Source: Prorocentrum cordatum (Eukaryota). Taken from it: a DNA stretch of 64,000 nucleotides. Both the position numbers and the translations under genes were made by a program. The first letter of the stretch is position 1, and each line of letters starts with the position of its first letter. The stretch is taken from the NCBI GenBank assembly GCA_963575745.1, contig CAUYUJ010000246.1, positions 1-64,000 of the forward strand, in the 5' to 3' direction. Of the stretch, positions 59,334 to 64,000 are shown piece after piece. Under the pieces are notes generated by a model. That model saw only the letters and a list, made by a program, of their open reading frames with translations. It did no database searches and had not been told where the DNA came from.

Positions 59334-60061
59334 GATGATGGGATCGGTCTCGAGCTGACGGGCGATTCGCTTCTTATCTGTAACTGGATCAATGGTCTCT
59401 GGAAGGTTGAGGGAGGAGAAGGAGGAGATGGGCTTCTTATCGTAGGCGGGTGGCAAATATTATTTCTCTTTTGGAAGAGTTGGAGGAGGAAGGAATACGA
59501 CCCCCCTCATGGGGCAACGACTTCATTCGACACATATATCGAGAGAGTAACACAGTAGCTGATGAACTTACCCACTTAGCACGGGAAGGCCAGATATTCA
59601 TAGAGCTGTTCCACCACCATATCTTTCGTTCTGATGTCCGAGACAACTTTCGAGTTATTGGCCTCCGCGGATCCTTCGACGGCGGAGTGTGTGCCCAAGG
59701 TGTGGGCGTTGGCTGGTTTCTGCAGATTGGATATATTCCTCGATTCCATGACCCTAACCCTGACCCTGAGCATAGAGATAAGAGAGCTCGGTGGGTTTTA
59801 AAAAAACAAAAAAAAATTACAACAAAGTCTCAACTCTTCCCCCAAGCCTCCCTCCTTGTCCAATCCATATGGGAAATAGTAGGGCGTTGTGCAACAGCAC
59901 TCCCTCCCATAAGCAGTATCACTGAACCTGAAGGTTTCGGCTCGAGGCCTCTGCGGCCCAGTCCAGTGGCCCAAACCTCCAGCTGCAGAGAAACAAGGTA
60001 CAACATAACGGGCGCTTGGGCGCCTCGGTGCCTGTCAGTCCCTCCCCAAAAAAAAAACAAA
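59334..60061 (+). mobile_element. Heavily 5'-truncated LINE (copy 4) retaining only the permuted RNase H region and an A-rich tail
   Basis: ELTGDSLLICNWINGLWKV (from ~59352), then frameshifted [36 protein letters not shown]. Flanked by AGCTCTACGAGT and TTGACGGTTACCGCC. Confidence 0.85.
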
Positions 60062-63000
60062 TTGACGGTTACCGCCGCGCCCAGTAAATTTCCGGGGAGC
60101 TAGAGTAGTTGGCAAGAACAAATCTCGACGGACCTTTTGGTGACTTTGGTCGTGAAAAATTTTGTTCTCGAAATTTGACAATTCGTTTGAGCTCTAGTAT
60201 TTTTTCCCATGATATTCGATCTTATTCCCGCTCGCCATCTCGATCTCAGCTCGATCGGGTAATTTTGAAGGCCAAAAAGCACACGGGCGGGAACGGCCGT
60301 TTCGAGTCATCGTGATACGCGCTGTCGGTTTTCTCAAGATAACTCGAGCTTCAGGACAACTACAGAGCTGGTCAGCACAGCTAATGCATTCAGAATGATC
60401 AGGCGCGTTCGCCTGTTGAATCCAGAGGTCTGAACTCGGTCTGCTAGCCGAGCTAGGGTCGCAAACCTATTCGTATTATTCGAGTCATTGTAGCAGACGC
60501 TTTCGGTTTTTCGTACTTAACTCGATCTGTAGGGCAGCCACAGAGCTGATAATCACAGAAATCGATTGAGAATTATCAGGCGCGTTCGTCTGTTGAATCA
60601 AGAGCTCTGAACTCGGCCTGCTCCCCGAGCTAGGTTTGCGAACCTATTGGTATTGTTCGAGTCATCTTGAGAAGTGCTCTCGGTTCTGTACTCGAATCGT
60701 GCTGGGGGAGGGCTACAGTGCTGCTGGTCACAGAAATCGATTTCGAGACATCAGGCGCGTCCGTTCGTCGAACCGAGAGCTCGAAACTCGGTCTGCTGCT
60801 CGAACGAGATCCGCGAAACTGTTGTATTATTCGAGTCATCCTGAGAGGTACTCTCGGTTTTCTGCACTTAACTCAGGCTGTATGGGGGGCTGCAGAGCTG
60901 GTAATCACAGGAATCGATCCGCAGACATCAGACGCGTCCGCCTGTCGCATTCAGAGGTCTGACCTCGGTTTCATACTCGAGCTCGATTAGAAAACTGTTC
61001 GTTTGTTTTGTTAGAGTCATCTTGAGAGGTCTATAATCGCTTGGGCTGAAAAACTAGTCGTTCTCTGAAATTCTTTTTCACATTGTATATTGTCAGGAAG
61101 CTCTACGAGTCCCCCGGCGGTAAGAAAGGTTGACGGTTTACCGCCGGCGCCCAGTTGGCAAGAAAAATCTCGACTGAACTTTTGGTGACTTTTGGTCGGT
61201 TGAAAATTTTGTTCTCGAAATTTGACTATTCTAGTATTTTTTCCCGTGATATTCGATCTCATTCCCGCTCGCCATCTTGATCTCAGCTCGATCGGGTGAA
61301 TATTACTGTCAAAAAGCACTCTGGCGGGATCGCCCGTTTGGAGTCATCTTGATACGCGCTGACGGTTTTCTGAACATAACTCGAGCTTGAGGGAAGCTAC
61401 AGAGCTGGTAAGCACACCTATCGCATTCAGAATCATTAGGCGCCTTCGTCTGTCGAATCCAGAGGTCTCAACTCGGTCTCTAGCCGAGCTAAGTCTGCAA
61501 ACTTATTCGTATTATTCAAGTCATCTTGACAGGAACTCTCGGTTTTTTTGCACTTAACTCGAGCTGTGGGACAGCTACAGAGCTGATATTCATAGAAACA
61601 GATTCAGAATCATCAGTTGCGTTTGTCTGTCGAATCCAGAACTCTGAACTCGGTCTGCTGCCCGATCTAGACTCGCAGAACTATTCGTATTGGTTGAACC
61701 ATCTTGAGAAGTGCTCTCGGTTTCCTCCATTCAACTCGCGCTGAGGGGAGCTACAGTGCTGTCACAGGAATCGATTTGAAGACATCAGACGCGTCTGCCT
61801 GTCGAATCCAGAGCGCGGAACTCGGTCTGCTGCCCGAATTAGGTCTGCGAAACTACTGTATTGTTGGAGTCATTCTGAGAGGTGCTGTCAGTTTTCTGCA
61901 CTCAACTCGGGCTGTAGGGCGGCTGCAGGGCTGGTAATGACAGAAGTCGACTCGCAGACATCAGACGCGTCCGCCTGTCGCATTGAGAGGTCAGAAACTA
62001 TTGACTATGAGTCGGGATGTTGGTAGGTGCTCGGTGTTCTCAGCTCCAGTCGAGCTGGAAGCTCTACGAGTCTCCCGGCGGTAACCAAGGTTGACGGTTT
62101 ACCGCCGGCGTCCAGTAATTCCGGCGAGCTGGAGAGCTAGTTGGCAAGAAAACTTTTGGTGACTTTTGGTCGGTTCGAAATTTTGTTCTCGAAATTCAAC
62201 CATTCGTTAGAGCTCTAGTATTTTTTCCCATGATATTCGATCTTATTCCCGCTCGCCATCTTGATCTCAGCTCGATCGGGTAACTTTGAAGGCCAAAAAG
62301 CAGGCAGGCGGGAACGCCGTTTCGAGTCATCTTGATACGCGATGTCGGTTTTCTGATTAACTCGAGCTTCAGGACAGCTACAGAGCTGGTAAGCACAGCT
62401 AATCGCATTCAGAATGATGAGGCGCGTTCGCCTGTTGAATCCAGAGGTCTGAACTCGGTCTGCTAGCCGAGCTAGGGTCGCAAACCTATTCGTATTATTC
62501 GAGTCATTGTAGCAGACGCTCTCGGTTTTTCGTACTTAACTCGATCTGTAGGGCAGCCACAGAGCTGATAATCACAGAAATCGATTGAGAATTATCAGGC
62601 GCGTTCGTCTGTTCAATCAAGAGCTCTGAACTCGGCCTGCTCCACGAGCTAGGTTCGCCAACCTATTGGTATTGTTCGAGTCATCTTGAGAAGTGCTCTC
62701 GGTTTTCTGTACTTAAATCGTGCTGGGGGAGGGCTACAGTGCTGCTGGTCACCGGAATCGATTTCGAGACATCAGGCGCGTCCGTTCGTCGAACCGAGAG
62801 CTCGGAACTCGGTCTGCTGCTCGAGCGAGATCCGCAAAACTGTTGTATTATTCGAGTCATCCTGAGAGGTACTCTCGGTTTTCTGCACTTAACTCAAGCT
62901 GTATGGGGGGCTGCAGAGCTTGTAATCACAGGAATCGGTCCGCAGACATCAGACGCGTCCGCCTGTCGCATTCAGAGGTCTGAACTCGGTTTCATACTCG

Positions 63001-64000
63001 AGCTCGATTGGAAAACTGTTCGTTTGTTTCGTTAGAGTCATAACTCGTAGAGCTTCCCTTGGCAAGTTATTGCTGGAAGCTAAGAGTAATTCCGGCGAGC
63101 TGGAGAGCTAGTTGGCAAGAAAACTTTTGGTGACTTTTGGTCGGTTAAAAATTTTGTTCTGGAAATGTGACAATTCGTTAGAGCTCTAGTATTTTTTCCC
63201 GTGGTATTCGATCTTATTCCCGCTCGCTATCTTGATCTCAGCTCGATCGGGTGAATATTACTATCGAAAAGCACTGTGGCGGGATCGGCCGTTTCGAGTC
63301 ATCTTGATACACGGTGACGGTTTTCTCAAGATAACTCGAGCTTCAGGGCAGCTACAGAGCTGGTCAGCACAGCTAATAGATCCAGAATGATTAGGCGCGT
63401 TCGCCTGTTGAACCCAGAGGTCTGAACTCGGTCTGCTAGCCGAGCTAGGTCCGCAAACCTATTCGTATTATGCGAGTCATCTTGACAGGCGCTCTCGGTT
63501 TTCTGTACTTAACTCGACCTGTAGGACAGCTACAGAGCTGATATCCACAGGAACTGATTCAGAATCATCAGTTGCGTTTGTCTGTCGAATCCAGAGCTCT
63601 GAACTCGGTTTGCTGCCCGATCTAGAATCACAAAATTATTCGTATTGGTCGAGTCATCTTGAGAAGTGCTATCGGTTTTCTTCACTCAACTCGCGCTGAG
63701 GGGGGCTACAGTGCTTGTTGTCACAGGAATCGATTTGAAGAGATCAGGCGTATCTGCCTGTCGAATCCAAAGCTCGGAACTGGGTCTGCTGTCCAAACTA
63801 GGTCCGCATAATTATTGTATTGTTCGAGTCATTCTGAGAGGTGCTGTCGGTTTTCCGCACTTAACTCGGGCTGTAGGACTGGCAATGACAGGGGTCGATT
63901 CGCAGACATCAGACGCGCCCGCCTTCGCATTCACAAGTCAAAAAATATTCACTATAAGTCGGAATGTTGGTAGGTGCTGTCGGTTCTCTCAACTGAAGTC

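Larger units (their letters stand above)
34278..64000 (+). repeat. Array of nested non-autonomous rolling-circle-type (HINE/Helitron2-like) elements: type A ~1.0-1.45 kb, type B ~0.4 kb, type C 351 bp
   Basis: More than 20 3' ends of the form AGCTCTACGAG..CCGGCGGTRA..TYACCGCCGGCG(C)CCAG|T. 5' ends TAACTCGTAGAGCTTCC or TACCTCGTAGAGCTC are reverse complements of the subterminal 3' motif. Confidence 0.85.

Noticed and set aside
34236..63035. Recurrent short ORFs in the array (MGKNTRALTN..., MLGEGYSAAGH...)
   Set aside because: They recur only because the DNA is repeated; frames and stops are not conserved between copies.
34278..64000. CRISPR array or integron attC-like cassette array
   Set aside because: Intervening sequences are homologous to each other rather than unique spacers or genes; no cas or integrase gene; eukaryotic TE context.
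34278..64000. Classical MITE or cut-and-paste interpretation of the short elements
   Set aside because: The inverted repeat is asymmetric (3' copy about 45 bp inside the end) and flanks rejoin without a multi-base TSD; a 1-bp T duplication cannot be formally excluded.

Overview
Eukaryotic, almost entirely repeat-derived window; no host gene is recognisable and the host cannot be determined (protist-like). (1) 1-15.5 kb: a GC-rich giant Helitron/Helentron-type rolling-circle transposon. Its ~15-kb coding region, now broken by frameshifts and two stops, carries zf-CW-like, HUH-Y2 Rep, PIF1 helicase, APE endonuclease and USP/C19 deubiquitinase domains. (2) 15.7-33.7 kb: a (GTGTGTCT/GTCY)n satellite punctuated every 1.3-3.1 kb by a ~150-bp GC-rich fold-back island; a 5'-truncated non-LTR retrotransposon sits in one island with a 12-bp target duplication. 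(3) 34.3-64 kb: an apparent satellite that resolves into short non-autonomous rolling-circle-type elements (start TAACTCGTAGAGC or TACCTCGTAGAGC, subterminal inverted repeat, 3' hairpin, CCAG end, internal 178-bp repeats) nested into each other's 5' ends like balanced brackets. Three more LINE copies end in the 3' hairpin of these elements. The LINEs share a circularly permuted RNase H; the two long copies have a WADN active site; the full-length copy has in-frame ORF1/ORF2 separated by UGA-CGG plus a stem-loop. All calls come from reading motifs by eye; no database searches were run.
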